64,000 nt of DNA from Spirochaetaceae bacterium (GTDB lineage: Bacteria; Spirochaetota; Spirochaetia; DSM-2461), in the NCBI GenBank assembly GCA_051531975.1, contig JAOPTT010000006.1, positions 664,315 through 728,314 of the forward strand, in the 5' to 3' direction. Below the pieces are notes generated by a model. It saw only the letters and a list, made by a program, of their open reading frames with translations. It searched no databases and was not told where the DNA came from. Below, one piece after another: positions 28,759 through 39,060 of this stretch. Numbering within the stretch: the stretch's first letter is position 1; each line of letters opens with the position of its first letter. The position numbers were made by a program, and so were the translations under genes.

Positions 28759-30181
28759 ATTACACTCTTTTTACTCTAAACTATCTTTTATATTTCTAAT
28801 TTTAATTTTATTCCTTGGAACTGGAATTTTAGTATTTACTTTTTCAGCTTCTGGACGACTGTTTGATGAGGTTGAGCAGTTATTAAACAAGGAATATGCA
28901 GGTAGCATTGCTTTAGAGTTACAACCAATAGTAGAGGATGGATTTTCTGTAGAAAAAATTAAAGGAGCAATTCACTATATGATGGTTTTAAACCCTATGG
29001 TTGAAATTTACCTTCTGGATTCTGATGGTTATATATTGGCATTTTTCACAAGTCCGGGGGATAAATTAGTTAGGGATTCTATAAACCTTAAACCGTTAAA
29101 ACAATTTTTTGGTCCAGATGCACAATTCCCAATATTAGGTGATGATCCAAAATCACTGAATAATAAAAAGCCTTTTTCAGCTGCAAACTTAAAAATGGGA
29201 ATTGACAGTGGATTTGTATATGTTGTTCTTCGGGGAGAGGATTATGACAGATCCATTAAAGGTATAAGTACAAGTTATTATTTTAAAACAGGTTTAGGTA
29301 CCGTTCTATTTGCTATATTAATAACCCTTATTCTTGGTTTAATTCTATTTTTTTTATTAACAAAAAGGTTACGTATATTAAATAGTGTGGTTCAAGACTT
29401 TAAAAATGGAAATTATAAATCACGTATAAATATAAAAGGTACAGATGAATTGAGTTTTCTTGGTTTGGCATTTAATGATATGGCACAATCTATAGAGAAT
29501 AATGCTCAGGAAAAAAGTGACTTAATTACCAATATTTCCCATGATTTACGAAGTCCACTAACTTCAATTAGAGGGCATTTAGAGACTATTATCTTAAAAG
29601 ATAAAAAATTGACTGATGATGAGAGACTGGATTACCTTAATATAAGTCTAAAAAATATATCCAATTTCCAGGGATTGGTAGATAAACTGTTTGAACTTGC
29701 AAAACTTGAAAATAATCAGATAAAATTAAACCCAGAAATATTTTCAATTGCCGAATTAACCCAGGATGTTATAATGAAATTACAGCCAGCTGCAGAACAT
29801 TCAACTATAAAACTAAAGTTGATTAAACCTGATGATTTACTTGTTATATCAGGTGATATTGGAATGATAGAGAGAGTTTTGTCCAATATTGTCGAGAATG
29901 CTCTTATTTACACTCCTACTAAAGGGATAGTAGAATTAAGTTTAATTAAAAATTATGAAAATATAGATATAAGGATAAGTGATACCGGATCTGGAATAGA
30001 TAAAAAGGATCTTCCTAAAATATTTGATCGGTTTTATAGAGGTACAGACAATAAAACTATTGGAACAGGCCTTGGTCTCGCAATTGTAAAAAAAATAATA
30101 ACTCTACATGGAGGAAATATAACTGTGGAGAGTGTAAAAGATAGAGGAACAACTTTTATAATTTCTCTCCCACTTAAATAA
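28748..30181 (+). CDS. HAMP sensor histidine kinase
   Basis: NISHDLRSPLTSI, NIVENAL, DTGSGI, GTGLGLAIV. Confidence 0.95.
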   Translation: MIFKLHSFYSKLSFIFLILILFLGTGILVFTFSASGRLFDEVEQLLNKEYAGSIALELQPIVEDGFSVEKIKGAIHYMMVLNPMVEIYLLDSDGYILAFFTSPGDKLVRDSINLKPLKQFFGPDAQFPILGDDPKSLNNKKPFSAANLKMGIDSGFVYVVLRGEDYDRSIKGISTSYYFKTGLGTVLFAILITLILGLILFFLLTKRLRILNSVVQDFKNGNYKSRINIKGTDELSFLGLAFNDMAQSIENNAQEKSDLITNISHDLRSPLTSIRGHLETIILKDKKLTDDERLDYLNISLKNISNFQGLVDKLFELAKLENNQIKLNPEIFSIAELTQDVIMKLQPAAEHSTIKLKLIKPDDLLVISGDIGMIERVLSNIVENALIYTPTKGIVELSLIKNYENIDIRISDTGSGIDKKDLPKIFDRFYRGTDNKTIGTGLGLAIVKKIITLHGGNITVESVKDRGTTFIISLPLK

Positions 30182-30258
30182 AGTTTATCTATTGTTTTTA
30201 GTTTTGTGATACTTTTGTGACATTTGATGTGTAAACTATTATTAAATGGAGGCAGGAT

Positions 30259-31947
30259 ATGCTGATTTTAATCATATTTGCATTTTTATCTGGAATTGTT
30301 ACGATCTTATCCCCCTGTATACTTCCTGTATTACCAATAGTTTTAACAGGTAGTTTTGGTAATAAAAGTAGACCATATGGAATTGTTTTAGGTTTTATTT
30401 TAAGTTTTGTTATTTTTTCACTAACACTATCCTGGATTATAAATTTTCTAAACATCCCCGGTGATAGTTTAAGAATATTAGCTATTATATTTATTACTTT
30501 TTTTGGTTTAATAATGTTCATTCCATCTTTTAAAGAGAAGTTTGAAATTTTTATTTCAAAAATTACTAGGTCTAAAAGTAATAACAGTTCTAAAAATGGA
30601 TTTAAAGGTGGTGTTTTTATTGGACTAACCCTTGGAATCGTCTGGACTCCTTGTGTAGGCCCAATTATGGCTTCAGTAATAGCACTAGCAGCTACTCAAA
30701 CAGTGGATGTAGCATCAGTTTTAATAATCTTGTTTTACTCTATTGGTACTTCGATACCTATGTTTGCTGTGATTCTTGGTGGTAGAACTATAATCAAAAA
30801 GATACCTTTTTTAACTAAAAACCCTGTGAAAATTCAACGTGGTTTTGGAATACTTATGATAATAATTGGACTGTCTATTGGTCTTGATCTAGATAGAAAA
30901 TTCCAATCGGTGGTATTAAAAGTATTCCCAAATTATGGTGCAGGACTCACAGTATTTGAGACTATTGAGCCCGTACAAAAAGCATTAAAATCAATAAATA
31001 GAAGTTCCAAATCGGATTTAGGAATTTTATTAGACTCTGTAAATAACCCCAAAAATGCAACATTAGGAAACTACGGATTAGCACCGGAGTTTATAACTAA
31101 TCCTTTAGGTATAGATCTTCAAAGTCTTAAAGGTAAAGTAGTAATTGTAGATTTCTGGACATATAGCTGCATTAACTGTATTAGGACTATACCCCATTTA
31201 AGATCCTGGTATGAGACGTATAAAGATTATGGTCTTGAAATAGTTGGAGTACATACTCCTGAGTTTGCTTTTGAAAGCACTAGAAAAAACGTGAACAAAG
31301 CTATAAAGGACTTAGGAATAACATGGCCAGTTATACAGGATAACAATTATAAACAATGGATATCATATAATAATAGATACTGGCCTGCAAAATATATTTT
31401 AGACGTTAACGGAGTTATACGTTATTTCCACTTTGGTGAAGATGAATATTCTACTTTGGAGAAAGTAATACGAAAATTACTTTTAGAAGCAGGTATTGAT
31501 CTATCTTCTAAAGCCAATAAGCAAACTGTATTTAAATTTAAAAGTAAAACACCAGAAATATATCTTGGTTACGGTAGAACCAGTGGATTCAGTTCAAATG
31601 AAGAAATATCTGAAAACAGAGAAATTACTTATACTTCCCCAAAAAAATTAAATAATGGGCAGTGGAGTTTAACTGGTAACTGGTTAATAAAAAAAGAGTT
31701 TATAGTTCCTAAAAATAGTGGAGAACTTGAACTTAACTTTAGTGCAAAAAACGTATTTATAGTTATAGAACCTGAATCAACTTCAGGTGGAGTCATTGAG
31801 GTTCTATTAGATGGTAAAAGGATTCATGAGATACAACCTACAGTGAGTAAATTATACCAACTAGTAGATTTAAAACGAGCAGGTAGTCATAACCTTAAAT
31901 TGAGAATAAAAGGTGATCTAAGACTATTTGCATTTACATTTGGATAG
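30259..31947 (+). CDS. dipZ: DipZ-like CcdA/DsbD transmembrane domain fused to thioredoxin
   Basis: SPCILPVLP, WTPCVGP, DFWTYSCINCIRT, GVHTPEFAFE, TPEIYLGY. Confidence 0.85.
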   Translation: MLILIIFAFLSGIVTILSPCILPVLPIVLTGSFGNKSRPYGIVLGFILSFVIFSLTLSWIINFLNIPGDSLRILAIIFITFFGLIMFIPSFKEKFEIFISKITRSKSNNSSKNGFKGGVFIGLTLGIVWTPCVGPIMASVIALAATQTVDVASVLIILFYSIGTSIPMFAVILGGRTIIKKIPFLTKNPVKIQRGFGILMIIIGLSIGLDLDRKFQSVVLKVFPNYGAGLTVFETIEPVQKALKSINRSSKSDLGILLDSVNNPKNATLGNYGLAPEFITNPLGIDLQSLKGKVVIVDFWTYSCINCIRTIPHLRSWYETYKDYGLEIVGVHTPEFAFESTRKNVNKAIKDLGITWPVIQDNNYKQWISYNNRYWPAKYILDVNGVIRYFHFGEDEYSTLEKVIRKLLLEAGIDLSSKANKQTVFKFKSKTPEIYLGYGRTSGFSSNEEISENREITYTSPKKLNNGQWSLTGNWLIKKEFIVPKNSGELELNFSAKNVFIVIEPESTSGGVIEVLLDGKRIHEIQPTVSKLYQLVDLKRAGSHNLKLRIKGDLRLFAFTFG

Positions 31948-31965
31948 TTATCCATGGAGGATAAT

Positions 31966-32544
31966 ATGAAAAAGTTTTTATTTTTAATAGTTATAGCTTT
32001 AATAAATTTATCATTTTTACTATCTGCAAACAGTAACAAAGAGCAGATGATAATAGAAGAAAAGTCAGTCGGAGTAATTCCACCAACAGCTATGGATGGA
32101 GTTTATACAAAACCGAGTACAAAAGAGATTATGGAATCCCTAAATGAACTGCAATATCGAGTTACACAAAAGAATGCAACTGAACGTGCCTTTAATAATA
32201 TGTATTGGGATAATCATAAGGATGGAATATATGTAGATATAGTTTCCGGAGAACCTCTATTTAGTTCAACTGACAAGTTTGAATCTTTTACTGGCTGGCC
32301 AAGTTTTACAAAACCATTGGAATCTGGAAATGTAACAGAAATTATAGACTCAAGTTTTGGTATGACAAGGGTTGAAGTTAGAAGTTTATACGCAGATTCA
32401 CACTTGGGACATCTATTTCCTGATGGTCCACAACCTACAGGAGATAGATACTGTATTAACTCAGCATCTTTACTGTTTATAGCGGTAAAGGATATGGAAA
32501 AAGAAGGTTATGGAAACTACTTACATCTATTTAATAAGATGTAA
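31966..32544 (+). CDS. msrB: Peptide-methionine (R)-S-oxide reductase with signal peptide
   Basis: [30 protein letters not shown]. Confidence 0.95.
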   Translation: MKKFLFLIVIALINLSFLLSANSNKEQMIIEEKSVGVIPPTAMDGVYTKPSTKEIMESLNELQYRVTQKNATERAFNNMYWDNHKDGIYVDIVSGEPLFSSTDKFESFTGWPSFTKPLESGNVTEIIDSSFGMTRVEVRSLYADSHLGHLFPDGPQPTGDRYCINSASLLFIAVKDMEKEGYGNYLHLFNKM

Positions 32545-32557
32545 AAAGGAGAAAATT

Positions 32558-33205
32558 ATGAGATTATTAATTTTACTAATGTTTATGAATACTATAATTT
32601 TTGCTTCTAGCAACAATGAACTACAAATCGATTTAGAAGAAAAAAATATAGTATTTTCAGAAGAGGATGTTGATACGGCTATTTTTGCTGGAGGATGTTT
32701 TTGGGGTGTAGAAGCAGTTTATGAAGCATTAGAAGGTGTTTACATTGTGGAATCTGGATATTCAGGTGGAGCTGCAGATACTGCAAGTTATAATATGGTA
32801 GGAACAGGAAAAACAGGCCATGCAGAGGTAGTAAAAATAGTGTATAACCCCGAAATAATAAGTTTTAAACAGTTATTAGATGTGTTTTTTACTGTTGCCC
32901 ACGATCCCACCCAGTTAAATTATCAGGGCCCGGATAAGGGTACTGAGTATCGTTCAGCTATATTTTATGTTAATGAGAATCAGAAAATGGAATCTGAAAA
33001 ATATATAAAAGAGCTTAAAAATAACAAAGTTTTTAAACAAGAAATTGTTACAGAGATTACTCCACTTGAAGGTTTTTATATAGCTGAAACTTATCATCAG
33101 GATTTCATGAGGTTAAATCCAACTCACCCATATATAGTTTATTGGGATATACCTAAAATAAATCATCTGAAAAATGAATTCCCAGAACTATTATCAAGTA
33201 ACTAA
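32558..33205 (+). CDS. msrA: Peptide-methionine (S)-S-oxide reductase with signal peptide
   Basis: FAGGCFWGVE, TGHAEVV, QGPDKGTEYRSAIF, AETYHQD. Confidence 0.95.
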   Translation: MRLLILLMFMNTIIFASSNNELQIDLEEKNIVFSEEDVDTAIFAGGCFWGVEAVYEALEGVYIVESGYSGGAADTASYNMVGTGKTGHAEVVKIVYNPEIISFKQLLDVFFTVAHDPTQLNYQGPDKGTEYRSAIFYVNENQKMESEKYIKELKNNKVFKQEIVTEITPLEGFYIAETYHQDFMRLNPTHPYIVYWDIPKINHLKNEFPELLSSN

Positions 33206-33210
33206 TTATG

Positions 33211-33235
33211 TATTACCCGGGTGTTCCGGGTAATA
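33211..33235. terminator. Bidirectional terminator-like hairpin between convergent genes
   Basis: TATTACCCGG-GTGTT-CCGGGTAATA. Confidence 0.7.
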
Positions 33236-33248
33236 CTTATATTTAACA

Positions 33249-34382
33249 TTAATTTTCTAGAGTATCTTTTGCTTCATGAAAATCAAAACCTGGGATATGA
33301 TCCTTCATCTCCTTCATTGGAATTTCTGAACTTATATTATTTGGAATCTCCATCTTTTCATAAAGCTCTTCTAACGAAAGATTCATAGCTATTGCTATAT
33401 CTAATAGAGTCATATAACCCTTTAGTTCACTGGCATCCACAACCTCTGATGATGAATCTATTGGATTTGGAAGAAGTTTAAATTGTCCAATAAGTGATGA
33501 TATTCCAATTCCACCAAAATAAATTATTAGCGTTACTACACCAATAGTTAATGGATTAATATTTAACTTACCTTTTGACCCCATTTTATTATTTAGAGCT
33601 CCCTCTTTTGGGCAAGCTATGGTACATTCCTGACAATTTATACACTCCATGGATGTAACTTCATCTAGTTTCGCAACTTCTATATTCATAAAACAAGCTT
33701 TACTACATAAATCGCAATCTATACATATGTCTTTTTCCCTCTTTATTTTAAAAGGACTAATTTTTGAAATAAGACCTAGGAAACCACCCATTGGGCATAG
33801 GTATTTACAAAAAAACCTATCATATAAAAATGAACCTATAAAAGTTATTAATAAAATAATAAACCCAATTGGGAATTCACTCCATACAGCAGAGATACCT
33901 TCACCCAAATGACCATATGCGGCCCATGGATCATATGGAGACATCCATAAAGTAGCTGTAGTCCATGCAAAGATAGTTGTTATAGCGAGTATTGGATATT
34001 TTAGATATCTTAATGCCTTATCAATTTTTTTAGGCATAACTAACTGTTTTCCCATAACCTTTTTTCCAAGACGGCCAAGGAATTCCTGTATTCCTCCCAA
34101 TGGACATATCCATGCACAAAAAGTTCTCCGAAATATTATAGCTAATATTATTGATACAACAAAAAGAACTAAGGTACCTGTATAGATTTTACTTAAAAGA
34201 TCTCCTGTAGTAAAAATTGTATATAAACTTTCAAGCCCTCCATATGGACATAAAGCATGGATTGATGGACTTCCATCTGGACCTCCACCTTTGACCTGAT
34301 GCATATATGCTTCATAACTTATAAAAATAATAAATGCAGCTAATAAAGATAATCTGATTTTTGTTACTATTTTCGTTTTCAT
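33249..34382 (-). CDS. Membrane 4Fe-4S binding protein (NapH/MauN-like)
   Basis: FCAWICPLG, FCKYLCPMG, CIDCDLCSKAC, CINCQECTIACP. Confidence 0.85.
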   Translation of the reverse strand: MKTKIVTKIRLSLLAAFIIFISYEAYMHQVKGGGPDGSPSIHALCPYGGLESLYTIFTTGDLLSKIYTGTLVLFVVSIILAIIFRRTFCAWICPLGGIQEFLGRLGKKVMGKQLVMPKKIDKALRYLKYPILAITTIFAWTTATLWMSPYDPWAAYGHLGEGISAVWSEFPIGFIILLITFIGSFLYDRFFCKYLCPMGGFLGLISKISPFKIKREKDICIDCDLCSKACFMNIEVAKLDEVTSMECINCQECTIACPKEGALNNKMGSKGKLNINPLTIGVVTLIIYFGGIGISSLIGQFKLLPNPIDSSSEVVDASELKGYMTLLDIAIAMNLSLEELYEKMEIPNNISSEIPMKEMKDHIPGFDFHEAKDTLEN

Positions 34383-34490
34383 TTGATCTCCTTAATTAAC
34401 AATACAATTCAATTGTAAAGATCAGGTAAAGATCAGGTAATTTAAAGTTTACTTAATCTTGATTGAAGTAGAAAATATTTTGAATAGACA

Positions 34491-35465
34491 TTATTTTGAT
34501 ACCTCAATAATCAGGTTACCCCTCTTATCTCCAGCTTCTACATATTTATGTGCTTCCGCTATATTTTCAAGTTTAATTACTTTATCTATAAATACTTTTA
34601 TTATCCCACCTTCAACAAGCCCTTTTATATATTCAAGATCAGAAATTGAGTGATCTGATGTATCAAAATGAATTTTTTTATTACTAAACAGATTAATTAA
34701 TCGACCTAAAAATTTGTGATAAAATTTTGGATTTGCAATTACATAATTCCCATTATCATATAATATATCTATGGATTTTTTAAATGGACTTTTACCTACT
34801 ACATCGAAGATAAGATCATATTTATTATCCTCTGCAGTAAAATCCTCATTTGTATAGTCAATAACTCTATCAGCACCTAAAGAAGTTAACATTTCAAATT
34901 TACTTTTTTTATCAACGACTGTAACACTAGCACCCTGGTGTTTAGCAATCTGTAGAGCAATAGTTCCAATGCTTCCTCCTGCCCCATTTATTAAAACCTT
35001 ATCATTTTTATTAATATTAAATTTCTTTAGGTAATGTCTAGCTTCTAACCCACCAATTGATATAACTGCAGCCTCCTGGAATGTTAAACATTGAGGTTTT
35101 AAAATAAAACAACCCTTATCTGAAACAGAAACATACTCAGCATAACCACCCATCTTTAGTCCAGTTGCTCCAAACAGTTCATCACCAACCTTAAACTTTG
35201 TTACTTTTTTTCCTACTTCTTCTATAACCCCAGATATCTCCTGTCCAAGAATTATGTTTCTTGGTTTAAAAGGTCCAAAAAACATCCGGATCAATAATTT
35301 TAAGATGAAGGGAAACTTTAAACTTCGCATTTCACAATCACCAGCATTTACCGATGTATTATATACTTTTATTAATATTTCATTATCTTTAGGTTCTGGT
35401 TTTTGTATATTTTGTAATTCCAAAAAATCTGCGCTTCCATATTTATTCCAAATTATTGCTCTCAT
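34491..35465 (-). CDS. NAD(P)-dependent MDR-family oxidoreductase
   Basis: PEPKDNEILIKV, GGYAEY, INGAGGSIG, LGADRVIDY. Confidence 0.9.
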   Translation of the reverse strand: MRAIIWNKYGSADFLELQNIQKPEPKDNEILIKVYNTSVNAGDCEMRSLKFPFILKLLIRMFFGPFKPRNIILGQEISGVIEEVGKKVTKFKVGDELFGATGLKMGGYAEYVSVSDKGCFILKPQCLTFQEAAVISIGGLEARHYLKKFNINKNDKVLINGAGGSIGTIALQIAKHQGASVTVVDKKSKFEMLTSLGADRVIDYTNEDFTAEDNKYDLIFDVVGKSPFKKSIDILYDNGNYVIANPKFYHKFLGRLINLFSNKKIHFDTSDHSISDLEYIKGLVEGGIIKVFIDKVIKLENIAEAHKYVEAGDKRGNLIIEVSK

Positions 35466-35693
35466 ATTTTTTTCCTTAATTTATCTCATTTATAGTATCA
35501 CTTTACAATCTAGTGGTATTTTCTCTATTTAACCAGATATTTTAATTTATATTAAATCTAAATCCTAACAATATTGAATATTTCGCATAATAGAAATGTT
35601 GTAGATATAAAGATAGTCACCTCTACCAGATATTAAAACTGTTCCTGATAGAGATGATAATTGAGTATAAACAAGAAAATTATCAGATACAGA

Positions 35694-37118
35694 TTAACAA
35701 ATCTTAATCGTTTTCATACCTGTTAAAACTCCGAATTTTTCAATCTTTGAGCTTATATGACCAGTACCTATTGCGAGGTGATGTGCAGGACCTGCATAAC
35801 TCCACTGATTCATAAATTCCTCTGCTCCTAAAGAAAATCGATAACGGCTATTTGTATTTCCTATTGCCAGAACTGGCCCGGTAATACATTCCCCTTCTGC
35901 TACAAGAAGAAAAAGTCCATCTGAACCCTGAACAATAGCAAGAAGAGTAACAGGACCGGGTTTTACAGACATTTGAATAGAGAGACCTTTCCCAGGTTTT
36001 CCATGATATACAGATAACGGTACAAGATCTACAGAACCTTCAGCAATAGCAAAATGTGCAGGACCATCATGTCCTAACATAACTATATCATCATCAAAGT
36101 CCATGCCGTAAAACTCGCTGAATGAACCTCCAGCACCAAAACTATCAAGAATCTTCATTGCTTGCGCATTTTTAACTTCACACTCTCCAGCAACTGGAAT
36201 GTTCCGTCCAGTAAGCAGTGTATTCCCGGCTATAACAGATGTAACAATATCTTCATATTCACTACCTGACTGCCCTTCGTAATAATAAGCCATTGAACCG
36301 ATATTATTTTCTGTAACCAGACGATCAAGTGCAACAGAAGTTTTTGCTGCTCTAATTACTTCATCTATTTCACACTCTTTAGAAATATTAAAAGTATGCT
36401 CAAATTCCTGGATTTTATTATCCACCTGCTCATCTGTAACTTCCCGTCTATACTTTGCCAGTTCACACATTTCAAGTATCTCGATATGAGTTCCTAGAAC
36501 AGTTGATTGTTGAGCAAGATCTGTATAAACATCAAGCATTCCACCATAATAATGTCCAAGAATTCCTAAACGATTATTTTTCATAATTCGAAATACTTTA
36601 GCAGCCTGGACCCATTCCTGAATTGTATTCTCTGTTTTCTTCTGGCCTAGATACCCTGTAACAATTTTATAAGGTATATTACCACGATTAAATATTCCAG
36701 CAATTTCAGGTACTGAACACGCCTGACAATTTGCCAACCATTTTCCTGTCATTAGACCACGGTCACCCAGATTATTAAAAGCTTCATAATCAAGTGAAGA
36801 TTCAGGTTGAACATTTAAAAGTATGACAGGGACTCCCGCTTCCTGAGCTACAGGCAATACCGTTGAAGATAGTGCATAAGTAGTTATATAACAAAAAAGC
36901 AGTTCAATTCCGGATTCTCGAAACATGAGCGCTACTTCCTTAGCTTTTTCCGGGCTGTCTACTAAACCTGCAGAAATAACTTCTGATCCATCTATATTAA
37001 GTACATTTTCAATTTGTGAGAGATAACCTTTTAGCTCATCTTCCAAGCCTTCAAACTGAGGCCAGTAAGTATTTAGTCCAATACCAAATACTCCTATTTT
37101 AACCTTAGCTTTACTCAT
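35694..37118 (-). CDS. L-arabinose/L-fucose isomerase family protein
   Basis: GECEVKNA, SFSEFY, LGHDGPAH, IGNTNSRYRF, GPAHHLAIG. Confidence 0.85.
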   Translation of the reverse strand: MSKAKVKIGVFGIGLNTYWPQFEGLEDELKGYLSQIENVLNIDGSEVISAGLVDSPEKAKEVALMFRESGIELLFCYITTYALSSTVLPVAQEAGVPVILLNVQPESSLDYEAFNNLGDRGLMTGKWLANCQACSVPEIAGIFNRGNIPYKIVTGYLGQKKTENTIQEWVQAAKVFRIMKNNRLGILGHYYGGMLDVYTDLAQQSTVLGTHIEILEMCELAKYRREVTDEQVDNKIQEFEHTFNISKECEIDEVIRAAKTSVALDRLVTENNIGSMAYYYEGQSGSEYEDIVTSVIAGNTLLTGRNIPVAGECEVKNAQAMKILDSFGAGGSFSEFYGMDFDDDIVMLGHDGPAHFAIAEGSVDLVPLSVYHGKPGKGLSIQMSVKPGPVTLLAIVQGSDGLFLLVAEGECITGPVLAIGNTNSRYRFSLGAEEFMNQWSYAGPAHHLAIGTGHISSKIEKFGVLTGMKTIKIC

Positions 37119-38125
37119 ATTTTAATCTCCTTCTTTGGAGAACCTTTAGAGCTTCGACGTACACGTAAATATTCTTCTATTCTGTCTCGTATTTCAGACA
37201 TTGAAAAAGCTAAAAGAAGTACAATACCTATTACCACTCGTTGCATATAAGAATCAACTCTGAACAGATTCATGGTTGTATTTAATGAAGCAAAAAAGAG
37301 AGCTGCAATAAAAGTATTAATAACACTTCCCTTACCTCCCTTTAAACTCGTTCCACCAAGAACAACAGCTGAAATAACCTCAAACTCATATCCATATTTC
37401 ATCCCAGGATTTGCAGACCACAGTCTTGAACTCAAAAATACTGCCGCTAGTCCTGTAAAAGCTCCAACTAGAATAAAAGCTCCAATTCTTACACGAGTAA
37501 CTGGGGTTCCAGAGATAATACTTGCTTTTGTAGAATTTCCAACAGCCAAAATTCGTCTACCAAATATGCTGTAACGAAGAACAAATGTCATAATAACAGC
37601 AAGAATAAGAAAAACAATAAATGGAGTAGGAATACCTAATATCTTTCCATTTCCTAGAGATGTAAACCACTTCTCTTGAAACTGTACAGGATTTCCATCG
37701 GATATAATAAAAGCTAACGCCCGATATACAAAAAACATTGCCAAAGTCGCAATAAAGGCTGGAATACCCAAAACAGCAGAAAGTGTTCCATTAAGTCCAC
37801 CTGCCACTGCTCCTAGTAATATAACTATCAGTAGAGTTGGTAATAGACCAACAGTACCAACAATAGAAACTGTAACAATAGACAATAACGCTATTAGTGA
37901 ACCGACAGACAGATCAAAATCACCTGTCATTATCAGAAAAGTCATACCGATTGCAGCAAAGCCAACAAAGGCTGCTTCACGGGCAATATTCATAAATATT
38001 AATGGATTACGAAAGTTACTGTTAAAAATAAGAGCTACCATCCAAAGCAACAGCAGTGCAAAAAGAATACCCTTATCCGCAAAAATATCTTTAATAATAG
38101 TTGAACCTTTTTTTTGGTTAATCAT
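37115..38125 (-). CDS. Monosaccharide ABC permease (RbsC-like)
   Basis: DFDLSVGS, IPAFIATL, EVISAVVLGGTSLKGGKG. Confidence 0.9.
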   Translation of the reverse strand: MINQKKGSTIIKDIFADKGILFALLLLWMVALIFNSNFRNPLIFMNIAREAAFVGFAAIGMTFLIMTGDFDLSVGSLIALLSIVTVSIVGTVGLLPTLLIVILLGAVAGGLNGTLSAVLGIPAFIATLAMFFVYRALAFIISDGNPVQFQEKWFTSLGNGKILGIPTPFIVFLILAVIMTFVLRYSIFGRRILAVGNSTKASIISGTPVTRVRIGAFILVGAFTGLAAVFLSSRLWSANPGMKYGYEFEVISAVVLGGTSLKGGKGSVINTFIAALFFASLNTTMNLFRVDSYMQRVVIGIVLLLAFSMSEIRDRIEEYLRVRRSSKGSPKKEIKI

Positions 38126-39060
38126 CTGTTCCCCCTTTTCCCAAGTTTATTGTTAAGAGCGCTTACACTCAGGGCTGCAATCAGAATCAATCCTGTAACT
38201 AGCCTTTGATAAAAATCTGGAACTCCTAAAAGATTTAATCCATTTTTAATAATTCCTAACATAATAGCCGCAACGAGGGTTCCCCAGAGGTTTCCTTTTC
38301 CACCTGTCAGTGCAGTTCCACCAAGAATGGTTGCTGTGATAACTTCCAATTCAAAACCCTGCCCAAGCCGGCCATTACCTGTTAATAGTTGAGATGTTAA
38401 AATGGTACCTGAGAGCATAGTTGTAACAGAGGTCATTATAAAAATACCTGTTATAACTAGATTCACTGGAATACCCGAAATATGGGCAGCCTCATCTCCA
38501 GATCCAATACCACGAACCCAAACTCCAAAACGTGTCCACCGATAAATAACTGAAGCAATAATATATAATCCAAGCATCAACAAAACTGGAACAGGAATAA
38601 TACCAACCTTACCACCAGAGAAAACTTTAATATCAAGATGACTATAAATAGTAGCATCATGCCCTTGAGTATATAAAAGAGCTAAACCACGGTATATTGT
38701 CAGTGTTGCAAGGGTGGCTACAAAGGTCTGAATTTTAAGTTTCGTAATAATAAAACCATTAAACATACCAAGTAGTATTCCAGCTACTAAAAGAATTCCA
38801 AGTGAAGGAATAAGCCCATATTTTGGGATATTTAGACCAAGAATACAGGTTGCTAGGGCCATTTGAGATCCTATTGAAAGATCAAATCCCCCTGCAGTTA
38901 TAGCAAAGGTCATCCCCACACCAGCAATTGCAACCATAGATACCTGAGAAAGTAGATTTAAGATATTCTGTTGTGAAAGAATATTTGGCGTTAATATGGC
39001 AAAAATTAGCAGTGTACCTAACGCTAAAATATAGATGCCGTAACGTTCCCATATTTTCAT
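38122..39060 (-). CDS. Monosaccharide ABC permease
   Basis: GFDLSIGS, FVATLAT, ELEVITATILGGTALTGGKG. Confidence 0.9.
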   Translation of the reverse strand: MKIWERYGIYILALGTLLIFAILTPNILSQQNILNLLSQVSMVAIAGVGMTFAITAGGFDLSIGSQMALATCILGLNIPKYGLIPSLGILLVAGILLGMFNGFIITKLKIQTFVATLATLTIYRGLALLYTQGHDATIYSHLDIKVFSGGKVGIIPVPVLLMLGLYIIASVIYRWTRFGVWVRGIGSGDEAAHISGIPVNLVITGIFIMTSVTTMLSGTILTSQLLTGNGRLGQGFELEVITATILGGTALTGGKGNLWGTLVAAIMLGIIKNGLNLLGVPDFYQRLVTGLILIAALSVSALNNKLGKRGNR

